Assembly: GCA_963815455.1 (NCBI GenBank)
Contig: CAWFGO010000001.1
Coordinates: 224,001 to 288,000 of the forward strand
Source of the DNA: an uncultured Verrucomicrobiae bacterium
Lineage (GTDB): Bacteria; Verrucomicrobiota; Verrucomicrobiia; Chthoniobacterales; UBA10450
Reading direction: 5' to 3'
DNA length: 64,000 nt
The notes under the pieces are model-generated. The model was not told where the DNA came from and did not search any database. It saw only the letters and a list, made by a program, of their open reading frames with translations. The position numbers and the translations under genes were made by a program. Shown in pieces: positions 39,973 through 48,316 of the stretch; within the stretch, counting starts at the first letter, position 1; each line of letters opens with the position of its first letter.

Positions 39973-41127
39973 TCAGCTCGCGTAATCCGCAACCGCCTTA
40001 GCTACGTCGAGTGTGGAAGCTTTGCCACCCATGTCGTAGGTGCGGACTTTGCCTTCTGCGATGACGCGGGCGATGGCGGCTTCCAGACGAGTGGCCATTT
40101 CGGTTTCTTTGAGCCAATCGAGCATTAGCTTCGCGGTTAACAACATCGCGATTGGATTGACTTTGTATTGACCCGCATATTTCGGCGCCGATCCATGCGT
40201 CGGTTCGAAGACGGCGTAGTTGTCGCCGAGATTGGCGCTGGGCGCGAAGCCGAGTCCGCCGACCAGGCCGGCGCACAAATCGCTGACGATGTCGCCGAAC
40301 ATGTTTTCCGCGACAAGCACGGAATAATCCTGGGGATTCTTGAACATCCACATGCAGATGGCGTCGATGTTGGCGTCATCCGCGCGAATATCGGGATAAC
40401 CTTTGGCGACTTCTTTGAAGCAGCGCATCATCAGACCGCCGGTTTCCCGGAGCACATTGGGTTTCTCGATCAGGGTGACGCGTTTGCGGCCGGTTTTCTT
40501 GGCGAACTCGAACGCTTGTTTGCAAATGCTCGTACACCCTTGCTTGCTCATGATCCGAGTGGAGAGCGCAATGTTCTCCAAGCCCGCTTTGTCTTTCCAC
40601 TTCTTCATCTTCGGGTTCGCGCACAGCGCGGTGTAAACCGGCTCCGGCAACGGGAAAAATTCCACGCCGCCGTACATGCCTTCGGTGTTTTCACGAAACA
40701 CGACCTGATCGATCGGGACATCTTCACCGCCCGGGTTCGTGATCTTGTTTCCGCGAAAGTTCAGTGGATTGCCGGGGTAACTTTTGCACGGCCGCATGTT
40801 GGTGTGCAGGTTGAACATCTGGCGCAGACCTACAATGGGCGAAAAATAGACGAGGCCTTTGTCCTTCAATTCCGGCGCCAATTCTTCCTTGGCTTCCGAT
40901 TGCGGTTTGCTGGTGATCGCGCCAAACAGTCCGCATGTCGTTTCCTTCAATGCCTTCACTGTGCGATCTGGCAATGCGTTGCCTTCCTTGCACCAAAATT
41001 CCCAACCGATGTCGCAAGGGATGTATTCGGCGTCGAGTTTCAGCCGATCCAACACGAGGCGCGTCGCCTCCATGACATCGTTGCCCACTCCGTCGCCGGG
41101 CATCCACGCAATCTTATATTTCGCCAT
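39973..41127 (-). CDS. Isocitrate/isopropylmalate dehydrogenase family protein, homoisocitrate-dehydrogenase-like
   Basis: PGDGVG, LFGAITS...YFSPIVGLRQ, RENTEG.Y, NMFGDIVSD, FEPTHGSAP, NPIAM. Confidence 0.8.
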   Translation of the reverse strand: MAKYKIAWMPGDGVGNDVMEATRLVLDRLKLDAEYIPCDIGWEFWCKEGNALPDRTVKALKETTCGLFGAITSKPQSEAKEELAPELKDKGLVYFSPIVGLRQMFNLHTNMRPCKSYPGNPLNFRGNKITNPGGEDVPIDQVVFRENTEGMYGGVEFFPLPEPVYTALCANPKMKKWKDKAGLENIALSTRIMSKQGCTSICKQAFEFAKKTGRKRVTLIEKPNVLRETGGLMMRCFKEVAKGYPDIRADDANIDAICMWMFKNPQDYSVLVAENMFGDIVSDLCAGLVGGLGFAPSANLGDNYAVFEPTHGSAPKYAGQYKVNPIAMLLTAKLMLDWLKETEMATRLEAAIARVIAEGKVRTYDMGGKASTLDVAKAVADYAS

Positions 41128-41218
41128 AAGGTCCCGACTTTATCGAGGAGCCTCGCTGCCTGCAAGTCGCGGCGTCCAGACTAACCGCGGATTTGGCGGA
41201 TAACGCGGGAATGATCCT

Positions 41219-41335
41219 GGGGAGCACAGGCTGCTAGCCTGTGGGCGACGGCTGCCAGCCGTCGCAGACTTTGTGCATGCGAAGCATCATCTCGGCAAGC
41301 TGCCGAGATGGACAGGCTGGCAGCCTGTGCTCCCC
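41219..41335. repeat. GGGAGCACAGGC...GCCTGTGCTCCC palindromic element
   Basis: ggggagcacaggctgc / gcagcctgtgctcccc terminal inverted repeat. Confidence 0.8.
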
Positions 41336-41349
41336 GGATGAAGACGGGA

Positions 41350-41424
41350 TTATTTCGCGCGAAGCCGCGCGGCGACCAGATTTTCCGCGCCGCCGGCCAC
41401 GATCAATTCCTGCGCGGCGGGAGA
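41350..41424 (-). pseudogene. Orphan 3' end of a homoaconitase gene
   Basis: Reads SPAAQELIVAGGAENLVAARLRAK*; 66/72 nt identical to 43432-43503. Confidence 0.9.
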
Positions 41425-41499
41425 CCAACAGATTCCAATCCGGCGGCGGATGTTCAAGTCGACGCTATCGATTCGACTTGAACGAATGTCGCCCAGCGG

Positions 41500-43188
41500 T
41501 CATGGCATGCCCGTGCCCAGACGTGCTTTCACCTGGGAAACGTCACTGGCGTTGACCGTGCCATTGACATTCACGTCCATCGGGAAGTTCGCGCTCGTCA
41601 CCAGCTGACCAAGTTGTGCTTTGGTTTGTGCGACGTCGGATGCGCTGACCATCTTGTTGCCATTGGTGTCGCCGATCAGCACACCCATGTTCACCAACGT
41701 AATCGGCAATACTTGTGCGAGGACATCCGTGACATTGCTGAGTTCAATCGTGAGCGTTTGCGCGTTGAGGACGCCGGTCAGGTTCACAGTCATTGTGTTG
41801 CCGGCGAAGATGGGAGTGCCCAAAACGTCGCCTTCGCCGCTTTCCACACGGGCGCTACCGCTGACGATTTCGCTGCTAAAGGTAAAGACGAGGGTGTGCG
41901 CACCGCCACTACTTCGGCATTCTACGCCTGGTTCACCAGTGAGCGGAAGATTGACATCAAAAGTCCCAGCGTCTCCGTGGGTCTTTCGCGAGACTGCCGA
42001 TGTGAGCAGGAAAAAGGGCGTGACCGTTAGGACCTCATCACCACAGCGGCTGATGACCGGGTTGTGAGTCTCATCGCCGCTGTAGGCGGCTTTCCAGTAA
42101 TAGGTGCCGACCTGATTGAAGGTGATTGGATCGGAGTGCGGGACAATCCCGTTGGTGACGGTCTTGGTCCCAGCGGTGGCATAAAGAACGGAGCAGTTTT
42201 CGTCCGAGTACACGGTGTAGGTGACTGTGCCGATGGCGGTGTTGAAGTTCACTCCTTCCAGCTCGGCCTCATCTCTGACCACCGTCCCCTGGGGAACCGT
42301 GATCATCGGAGCCGTTTGGACACCGTCCGTCAGCTCTGTCTCGATCCCTGTCCCGCTAATCAGGCTCCGCGCCTGGATGAAAACCGCCGAATCGAAGACT
42401 CCATCACTTGCGTCCGAGATCGCCAGCTTCATGTGATTGACCTGGCCTGGCGTCACGTTCGACGAACAAATGAGCACCACTGTAAGCCCATCCATCTGCG
42501 TGTCGATCGTGACCGTTGGACGGACATTGTCGACGAACAAGTCCGGGTGGTGCGGGGTCGGGTCTCCGCCGTTGTCGTTGCCGTTATTGATCGTGTTAAT
42601 CGAGACCGGCTCATTCGTGCCGGGCACAAGTGCGACATTGACGCCGTTGATGTAGAACGCAAAAACGTCGTTGAACGGAGTGTTTGAATAGTCGCTGTAC
42701 TCCTCCGACGAGAACACATACTTGAATTGAACCGTCGAGAACTGCGGCACAAAGTCGAACTCGAGAATCGTCGCGTCGAAGGTGGGATTGCCGGAGAGTA
42801 TGGTCAGGTCTGGGTCACCGGGCAGACCAAAATCGGTGCTGTTAGACCAGCCGTCCGGTCCCAGGAGTTCAAAGCAGGTGTTTGGTCCCTCGACGCCGCC
42901 GCTACACGGCACATCACCGGTGACAGTCTGGACCGCGCCAGAACCAAGGATCAGGCCAGAGTCGAACGTAAGAATGGGCAGCCCACCACTGAACGTTCCC
43001 GCCCCGCGTGTCCCGCCGACGTAGGTCACGTTCGAAATCGAGACCGCGCTTCCGACGAGTGAGTTCGCGAGATCTTGCGGTGTCACGCCATGGTTTAGAT
43101 CGCTGACAACAAGTCCAGCGTGAGTCACGTTTGTCAGCGCAGCGATCAGAGCCAGCGCTATTGTGGCAAGGTTCGTTTTCGTTTTCAT
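41500..43188 (-). CDS. Secreted protein: choice-of-anchor L-like domain, Ig-like domain, conserved SRKTHG domain and dockerin-like tail
   Basis: Signal peptide MKTKTNLATIALALIAAL; DATILEFDF, YVFSSEEY, FNDVFAF, ISDASDGVFDSAVF; duplicated GDTNGN..ASD / DVNVNG..ASD Ca-binding-like motifs. Confidence 0.8.
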   Translation of the reverse strand: MKTKTNLATIALALIAALTNVTHAGLVVSDLNHGVTPQDLANSLVGSAVSISNVTYVGGTRGAGTFSGGLPILTFDSGLILGSGAVQTVTGDVPCSGGVEGPNTCFELLGPDGWSNSTDFGLPGDPDLTILSGNPTFDATILEFDFVPQFSTVQFKYVFSSEEYSDYSNTPFNDVFAFYINGVNVALVPGTNEPVSINTINNGNDNGGDPTPHHPDLFVDNVRPTVTIDTQMDGLTVVLICSSNVTPGQVNHMKLAISDASDGVFDSAVFIQARSLISGTGIETELTDGVQTAPMITVPQGTVVRDEAELEGVNFNTAIGTVTYTVYSDENCSVLYATAGTKTVTNGIVPHSDPITFNQVGTYYWKAAYSGDETHNPVISRCGDEVLTVTPFFLLTSAVSRKTHGDAGTFDVNLPLTGEPGVECRSSGGAHTLVFTFSSEIVSGSARVESGEGDVLGTPIFAGNTMTVNLTGVLNAQTLTIELSNVTDVLAQVLPITLVNMGVLIGDTNGNKMVSASDVAQTKAQLGQLVTSANFPMDVNVNGTVNASDVSQVKARLGTGMP

Positions 43189-43419
43189 GATGTAACAGGC
43201 ACCTGTTACGATGAGTCCGCCGCCCGCAGTTTGCGAAAACCTGTTCAAATCTTGCGTTGGTCTGGAAGGCCTTTTGGCCAGGAGCCTTGTCTCGTGCGCA
43301 GACCAGATGGACAAGAAATGCGGCTGAATGCGTGGTTGAAGGGTGCCTCGCATCGCGCCCCGACTCATTTTGGAGAAAGCGATCGAAATTTCCACGCCGG
43401 TCGCAAATTGCAACCGGTT

Positions 43420-45402
43420 TCAGACTTGCGTCTTCCCGCGAAGCCGCGCGGCCACCAGATTTTCCGCGCCGCCGGCGACGATCAATTCCTGCGCGGCGGG
43501 ACTGAGCGCCGGAAAAGCGAATGACTTTCCGTCAATGCTCAACGTGGATTTGCCGTAATCGATCGTGATCTCCGGCGCGACTGTTGTGGCCTGGCGATCT
43601 TTGAGCGTTTTGCGCAAGTGCGTGACCAATTCAGGGCACTCGAACACGACAAATCCGTTATTGAAAGCGTTGCGCTTGTAGGTCTCGGAAAAACTTGCAG
43701 CGATGACGCAGGGAATTCCCTTGAACTTCAAGGCCGTGGCCGCCTGCTCGCGGCTTGAGCCGGTCCCGAAATTCAATCCGCCGACCACGACGTCGCCGTT
43801 TTGGTAAAGCGGGTTGAAATTTGGGTCGTAATTCTCGAATGTCACCGCCGCCATTTCTGCCGGCGTGATGTCGTCGCGATAAGTATGTTTGCCGGCGAAG
43901 ATCCCGTCCGTGTTCAAGTTGTCCTTGTCGATGAAGAGGACGCGTCCGCGGACGCTGGGCGGGAAACCATCAATGATTTCGACCGAAACGTCCGATTGCG
44001 GTTTGGGTTTGGCACGCCGTAGGGCAATGCCCGCCGTGCGATCGGAAAACGTTTGTGGCGCGCAAATGAATCCGGCCAGCGCGCTGGCTGCGACCACCGC
44101 CGGCGAACCGAGATAAACTTTGGCATCGGGATCGCCCATCCGGCCCTTGAAATTCCGATTGGTGGCGCTGATCGCGGTTTCGCCTTTGCCGACCAGTCCC
44201 CTTCCCAGGCCGATACATGTTCCACAACCGGGAGGCAACGGAATGGCGCCGGCATCCAGCAAAGTTTTCCAATCGCCATTCGATTCGGATTTCGCCTGCA
44301 CTTCGGCGCTGGCCGGCGCGAGATAAAACTCGACCCCTTCTGCAACCCGGCCACCCTTGCCCCGCACCACTTCCGCCGCATCATGCAGGTCCTCGAACCG
44401 CGCGTTCACGCACGACAACAGATACGCCTTTTGAATCGGAACATGTTTCCGTTCCATTTCCGGCAGCGACACCATCGTCTTTACTTCGTTAGGCCCGGAG
44501 ACATGCGGAACCACGGTGGCCAGATCCAGATCGAGCTCAATCGCGTAGTCCGCATCGGCATCCGCGCTGAGGTCGCGGCGGTTCTTCCACCAGTCGTCGA
44601 TGTCGATGTTGCTGTAGCCCGAACGACTCTTGGGACCACGCGTGCCAGGCCGCCCCGGATCTGTGAATACGCCAACCCGGGATCGCAAATAGTTTACCGT
44701 GACTTCATCAAAAGGAAACACACCCGCGAGTGCGCCCCACTCCGTCGTCATGTTAGCAATGGTCAGTCGCTCGGACATTGTGAGATTCGCCACTCCGTCT
44801 CCCAGAAATTCGACGGCGTGATTAAGCACCTCGTCCTTATTGAAGAGGCCGCACAATGCGATAATGACATCCTTGCCGGTGACGCCAGTCGAAAGATTTC
44901 CCTTTAACAGGACCTTGGCCACTTTCGGGACCTGCCACCAAGTCACACCCGTCGCCCAAATACTTGCGGCATCGGTCCGCACCACCGGCGTGCCCAGGGC
45001 GCCGGCCGCACCATATAAGTTAGAGTGCGAATCGCTGCCCACTACCAGCGCGCCCGGAACCACATATCCCTGCTCGACCATTACCTGGTGCGAAATACCG
45101 GTGCCGGCCGGGTAAAAATCGATCCCATGCTCTTTCGCAAACGCTTCGATCTTGGCGTACTTCTCCAGATTCTTAGGCGTAACGTTCTGGATGTCGTGAT
45201 CGATCGCGAAGACAGGCTGAGCCGGATCGGCGATTTTCGTCGCCCCGATCTGCTTGAACTTCGGAATTACCGCGCCGGTATTGTCGTGCGTCATCACATG
45301 ACGCGGCCGAATCGAAACAAAATCACCGGCGCGAACCACGCCTCCGGCAGCGAGCCCATCGGCATGTCGCGCGACAATTTTTTCAACCAGCGTCAATCCC
45401 AT
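43420..45402 (-). CDS. lysF: Single-chain homoaconitase (fungal Lys4/LysF type)
   Basis: DHDIQN, SDSHSNLYG, GTPVVRTDAASIWATGVTWWQVP, IIALCGLFNKDEVLNHAVEF, NMTTEWGA; Fe-S ligands SCVN and CGTCIG; fused swivel domain NTDGI..GK.TY, FGTGSSREQA. Confidence 0.85.
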   Translation of the reverse strand: MGLTLVEKIVARHADGLAAGGVVRAGDFVSIRPRHVMTHDNTGAVIPKFKQIGATKIADPAQPVFAIDHDIQNVTPKNLEKYAKIEAFAKEHGIDFYPAGTGISHQVMVEQGYVVPGALVVGSDSHSNLYGAAGALGTPVVRTDAASIWATGVTWWQVPKVAKVLLKGNLSTGVTGKDVIIALCGLFNKDEVLNHAVEFLGDGVANLTMSERLTIANMTTEWGALAGVFPFDEVTVNYLRSRVGVFTDPGRPGTRGPKSRSGYSNIDIDDWWKNRRDLSADADADYAIELDLDLATVVPHVSGPNEVKTMVSLPEMERKHVPIQKAYLLSCVNARFEDLHDAAEVVRGKGGRVAEGVEFYLAPASAEVQAKSESNGDWKTLLDAGAIPLPPGCGTCIGLGRGLVGKGETAISATNRNFKGRMGDPDAKVYLGSPAVVAASALAGFICAPQTFSDRTAGIALRRAKPKPQSDVSVEIIDGFPPSVRGRVLFIDKDNLNTDGIFAGKHTYRDDITPAEMAAVTFENYDPNFNPLYQNGDVVVGGLNFGTGSSREQAATALKFKGIPCVIAASFSETYKRNAFNNGFVVFECPELVTHLRKTLKDRQATTVAPEITIDYGKSTLSIDGKSFAFPALSPAAQELIVAGGAENLVAARLRGKTQV

Positions 45403-45419
45403 ATTTAAGAGTTAAGTTA

Positions 45420-45481
45420 CCCACGAAACACACGAATCACTCTAAGAAAATCGAAAACCAAATTTTCGTCAATTTCGTGGG
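45420..45481. repeat. CCCACGAA...TTCGTGGG family element
   Basis: cccacgaaacacacgaatcac left arm, as at 39771. Confidence 0.7.
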
Positions 45482-45487
45482 CACCAA

Positions 45488-46087
45488 TTATTTCTTGGCG
45501 GCTCGTTTGCCAAGAACCTTGGCGATATCGAAGTCGACAAAATCGGCGTGATGAAAAATAATCGACTCGATCGAACGCTCGACCTTGTCACCTTCATGAC
45601 TGTGCGTAGCGATCATGTGCATCACTTCCGCTGGAATCCCATGTTTATAAGCGAGGGCGACCCCGCTGAATGGATGCCTCAGTTGCTGACCAAATTTTCC
45701 CTGAACCACTTTTCCTGACCCGTCCTTATCGTATTCCAGCGGCTTGCCGACATCGGCCAGGAGCGCGCCGGCAATGAGGTGGTCGCGATTCACCGGGATA
45801 TCGCAACGAAATGCACTATCCAGGACATCGGCAATGGCGATACATTGCAGCGCGCACGAATTGAGATGCTCGACGAATTTCATATCGATGTCGCCGGCCA
45901 GAAGCGTGAACTTCACCGCGCGCAGTTCGTCGAAGGTCCAGCCTTTCCCGCCACAGCCGGTGGTAATCGCTTCGTTCCAAACCGCCGCCACTTTTTCCCG
46001 CAGCGATTTGTCACTGATCTTTAGCAGGCTCGGGAAGAGCTCTGCGATTTCATTAACGCCGTAACTTTTTTGTCGAGTCGTTGTCAT
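45488..46087 (-). CDS. HD-superfamily protein
   Basis: FVEH, GALLADVGKPLEY (AD at the usual HD position), RHPFSG, IATHSHEG, HHADFVD. Confidence 0.75.
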   Translation of the reverse strand: MTTTRQKSYGVNEIAELFPSLLKISDKSLREKVAAVWNEAITTGCGGKGWTFDELRAVKFTLLAGDIDMKFVEHLNSCALQCIAIADVLDSAFRCDIPVNRDHLIAGALLADVGKPLEYDKDGSGKVVQGKFGQQLRHPFSGVALAYKHGIPAEVMHMIATHSHEGDKVERSIESIIFHHADFVDFDIAKVLGKRAAKK

Positions 46088-46114
46088 AATGATTGTCGAC
46101 CTAGCTCATGTTGA

Positions 46115-46225
46115 AGGTGGAACGCGATCTCCGAGCGCGTTGCCAAACAAAATCGCGGAGCGATCAAATTTGAGCCGCTAAGCGGCTTGAATTTTAACAT
46201 CGAGCTCGGAGAGCTCGATCCACCT
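46115..46225. repeat. GGTGGA-family palindromic element
   Basis: aggtggaacg...cgatccacct termini. Confidence 0.7.
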
Positions 46226-46232
46226 CGCGTTC

Positions 46233-46520
46233 TCATCGTCCGGGGCCTTTCAGCCGATATTTTTGGGGTTTTGAAGAAGTTCTTTCTATTAATTTCCTGG
46301 CTTCCAAATCGAGTTTAACTGTTTCGGCGTACCAACTGATGCTCCCGGAAAATCTGCCTTTCAATGTTTTGTTGATCTGCTTGAACAAATCGGTGTGAGT
46401 GAGTTCCTTGCCTCGCAAGGTAGACAGAATCGCTTTCTTGAGCGTTTCGTACTTTTGCTTGTCGATATTTTTCCCGCTCTTACCCAGCGGATGTTTTGTA
46501 AGTATTTTTTCTTCTTTCAT
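46233..46520 (-). CDS. Small basic winged-helix-like hypothetical protein (DUF6958-like)
   Basis: HPLGKSGKNIDKQKYE, GSISWYAETVKLDLEAR; visibly AT-rich. Confidence 0.7.
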   Translation of the reverse strand: MKEEKILTKHPLGKSGKNIDKQKYETLKKAILSTLRGKELTHTDLFKQINKTLKGRFSGSISWYAETVKLDLEARKLIERTSSKPQKYRLKGPGR

Positions 46521-46522
46521 TC

Positions 46523-48316
46523 TTATTCGTCTTTTTCCTTGGGACTCGCCACGGCGGAGCCCGTCCGGGGCAGAGGCGGGTTTGGAGTTTGGGATTTGGA
46601 ACTTCCGCCAGAGACGCCTCGTGGCGGCGGCCCGTCATAGCCGTGCTTCACGGGATCGATACGACGCATCGGTTTCTCACGGGTCTGCTCCTCGATGACA
46701 TGCGCCACTAGGCCGGGCGTACGCGCGATCATAAAAATGCCGTTGAACGCCGCGGGGTTCATTCCCAGGTCGGCCAGGATCGCGCCGATGGCGCCGTCCA
46801 CATTGATCGGGAGCGGTTTCTTGGCGTCGGCGAACGATTTTTCAACGGCACGCGCCGCTTTCATATGGATTCCGTCGACACCGGCTTCGCGGGCCAGTTC
46901 AAACAACCGCGCCGTGCGCGGGTCTTTGGTATGCAGGCGATGACCAAATCCCGGCATCCGCTCGCCTGCTTCTTTCATGGCCGCGAGGGTGCGCGTAGCA
47001 ACTTCATCCATCGAAATGGATTCGCTCGCAGCGCGGTCCGCGATCTTCTTCAATTGCCGGGCGCAATCTTCAATCGCGCCGCCGTGGTGACGATTGATCG
47101 ACATGATCCCGGCGGCCACGGACGCGCTTAACGACGCGCCGGTGGATGCAACGGTCCGGGCCGCCAATGCGCTGGGAGGCGTAGCGCCGTGATCGATGGA
47201 CGACACCAGTACTGCGTCCATCAAACGCCCGATCGCCTCCGACGGCAATTCGCCGGTCAAAATCAAATAGACCGCCGCGCCGAAAGAAATGCGTCCCATC
47301 AATTCGGCGATATCGTATCCGCGCACGGCGACCCGGTTGGGCTCGATGCGCGTGATGGCCGTATTCCAAACCGCGTTTTTGTCGGTTTCGCTCATAAGAC
47401 TCTGCCCTTTCATTTTCTTCAAAATTTCGACTACCGCACCTGGCAATTCGCCAAACGCATCGACCACGGTTGCACCGGCTTCACGTAGCGCTTTCACTTT
47501 ACCCGCGTGAGTACCCCGGCCGCCCTCGATGATCGCGCCCGCGTGACTAAAGCGGGTGCCTTCACGGGCCGCTTTCCCGCCGATGTAGGCAATCACCGGC
47601 TTGGTCACTTTTCGATCGCGGATCATCTGCGCCAGTTCTTCTTCCTGTGACGAGCCAATCTCGCCAAAGATCACAATGGCTTCGGTCAGGGGGTCTGCTT
47701 CAAACATCAGCGCCGCATCAGGAATACGAATTCCAAGCACGGCATCGCCGCCGATATGCGCAATGGTTGAAATGCGCACGCCCGCTTGTCCCAAATAATA
47801 TCCAGTGCTCGAAGCCATACCGCCGGAGCGACTGATCACGCCGACGCCTCTCGGAATCCCCGGCTTAAACCATTGCCGTGCACTTTCGGCCCGACCGCCG
47901 ACCATGCCGACCACTCCCCTGCCCGGGCTCAAAACGCCAAGCGTGTTTGGTCCGACGAACATCGCGCCATTGGCCTTGGCTGCAGCGGCGATTTCCATCG
48001 CGTCCCACACTGGGACGCGGTCCGGCACTAGAACGGTAAGTTTAATTCCTGCTTCAATCGCAGAAATGGCGGCGTCTTTCACACCCGCCGCCGGCACAAA
48101 AAGCACGGAGATGTCGATGTTACCCAACGCCTTCACCGCTTCCTGCGGTGTGTTAAACACCGGTACGCCTAGCACGTTCTGCCCGCCTTTACCCGGCGTT
48201 ACACCGGCGACCACATTCGTTCCGTACTCGCGCATCAAACGCGTCCGGGCCTGACCTTCCCGCCCCGTGATGCCTTGCACCAACACCCGCTTGGTCTCGT
48301 CGATCAAAATTGCCAT
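46523..48316 (-). CDS. SucD-like CoA-binding/ligase domain fused to a citryl-CoA lyase domain (ATP-citrate lyase alpha-like architecture)
   Basis: N: VQGITG, GVTPGKGG, GPNTLG, SRSGG, IGGD, GEIG, FSHAGA (phospho-His). C: SIDHG, HHGGAIE, PGFGHRLHTKDPR, INVDG, ARTPGLVAH. Confidence 0.85.
   Translation of the reverse strand: MAILIDETKRVLVQGITGREGQARTRLMREYGTNVVAGVTPGKGGQNVLGVPVFNTPQEAVKALGNIDISVLFVPAAGVKDAAISAIEAGIKLTVLVPDRVPVWDAMEIAAAAKANGAMFVGPNTLGVLSPGRGVVGMVGGRAESARQWFKPGIPRGVGVISRSGGMASSTGYYLGQAGVRISTIAHIGGDAVLGIRIPDAALMFEADPLTEAIVIFGEIGSSQEEELAQMIRDRKVTKPVIAYIGGKAAREGTRFSHAGAIIEGGRGTHAGKVKALREAGATVVDAFGELPGAVVEILKKMKGQSLMSETDKNAVWNTAITRIEPNRVAVRGYDIAELMGRISFGAAVYLILTGELPSEAIGRLMDAVLVSSIDHGATPPSALAARTVASTGASLSASVAAGIMSINRHHGGAIEDCARQLKKIADRAASESISMDEVATRTLAAMKEAGERMPGFGHRLHTKDPRTARLFELAREAGVDGIHMKAARAVEKSFADAKKPLPINVDGAIGAILADLGMNPAAFNGIFMIARTPGLVAHVIEEQTREKPMRRIDPVKHGYDGPPPRGVSGGSSKSQTPNPPLPRTGSAVASPKEKDE

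Noticed and set aside
39973..45402. Leucine biosynthesis leuB/leuCD
   Set aside because: The aconitase is single-chain with Lys4-type motifs, the dehydrogenase has the SPIV.LR pattern rather than the LeuB PE.GLL.LR pattern, and no leuA is present.
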